64,000 nt of DNA from Lama guanicoe (taxonomy: Eukaryota), in contig MU053810.1 of assembly GCA_013239625.1 (NCBI GenBank), forward strand, positions 1,809,518 through 1,873,517. Direction: 5' to 3'. Position 1 is the stretch's first letter. Each line of letters opens with the position of its first letter. The position numbers and the translations under genes are program-made. The notes beneath the pieces are model-generated. The model worked only from the letters and a program-made list of their open reading frames with translations. It had not been told where the DNA came from and searched no databases. Positions 63,340-64,000 of this stretch are shown piece after piece.

Positions 63340-63690
63340 CACTGGGTTTGGCTATTGGCTTTGAGTGTTGGAATATGAGCAAGAACAATTTTGTGCCAAT
63401 TGCAACTGAGGCTGACACGGCAATGCATGTGTTCACATGTGAATATTGTTCTGTCCTGAGCATTCATGATCGTTATGTGAAGACTTTCTTCTGTAGCTGC
63501 CGCATCTTCAGCCTGAACCCTACAATAAATGCGTCTGGAACAGACCAGAGCCCAACCTGCACTGAGAAGCCGAGCCCAGCACCAATCAGCTGAACCTCAA
63601 CTGTTACACAAACGCATGATAAATAAATCCTTATGGTTATATGCCACGGAGATTTTGGTAGTTATTTTATACACCACAATAGCAGAGACA
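63340..63690 (+). mobile_element. MLT1 (H/I/J-like) MaLR LTR
   Basis: CTTCAGCCTGAACCC...GGAACAGACCAGAGCCCAACCTGCA...AAATAAATCCTTATGGTTATATGCCACGGAGATTTTGG...CACAATAGC. Confidence 0.75.
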
Positions 63691-63749
63691 AGCCTCATTC
63701 TCTTGCTCATAGGGAGTTTAGAATATGAGCACTCCAGATTTATTTACCT

Positions 63750-64000
63750 AGTTGATAACTCCACTTGGCTGCATCAAACATAACAGATCAAAAATCAAAC
63801 ACTGTTTTTCCCACTTAACATAGTCCTCCTTGAGTCTCCCCATCACAGCAAATGGCACCATGATTTAGTGCCCATCAAAACCCAAGAAGTCATTCTTGAC
63901 AATTCCATGTCATTGGTCACCATATTTTATCCATCAGTAGCTTTTCCATAAATTTTCTTGAATTCATTCGCTTCTCTCCTTGGCTCCCTATGGGTCTCTA
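63750..64000 (+). mobile_element. L2 fragment running off the window end
   Basis: CTCCACTTGGCTG...CAAATGGCACCA...CAAAACCCAAGAAGTCATTCTTGAC resemble L2 body motifs. Confidence 0.65.

Noticed and set aside
10500..64000. Additional protein-coding genes, processed pseudogenes or a prokaryotic-type system
   Set aside because: No ORF in the track resembled a known protein other than L1 remnants, and I recognised no exon chain or repeat-spacer array. Weakly conserved lncRNA exons cannot be excluded without expression data.

Overview
This is mammalian genomic DNA, most likely from a camelid: it has four tRNA-derived SINEs of the camelid Vic-1 type and cetartiodactyl-type L1 tails, and I saw no Alu, Bov-tA or PRE1 elements. 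The only protein-coding sequence I can support is the last coding exon of PLXDC2 (729-845, + strand, [38 protein letters not shown]). It is followed by what looks like a ~9.6 kb 3' UTR ending near 10,490. The remaining ~53 kb is intergenic and consists of ancient and lineage-specific transposable elements (MIR, L2, L1, HAL1, MER DNA transposons, ERV/MaLR solo LTRs, SINEs), microsatellites and a few unique stretches dense in transcription-factor motifs. I found no prokaryotic-type system such as CRISPR or operons. The most interesting leads are an L1 whose 5' end is fused directly to its 3' tail at an apparent splice junction, several 3' UTR regulatory features (miR-17-family sites, hairpins, a possibly lost proximal poly(A) signal), an antisense-facing solo LTR just beyond the gene end, and candidate enhancers. 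Repeat family names come from my recall of consensus sequences and need RepeatMasker/Dfam confirmation. Boundaries without a stated target-site duplication (TSD) are approximate.
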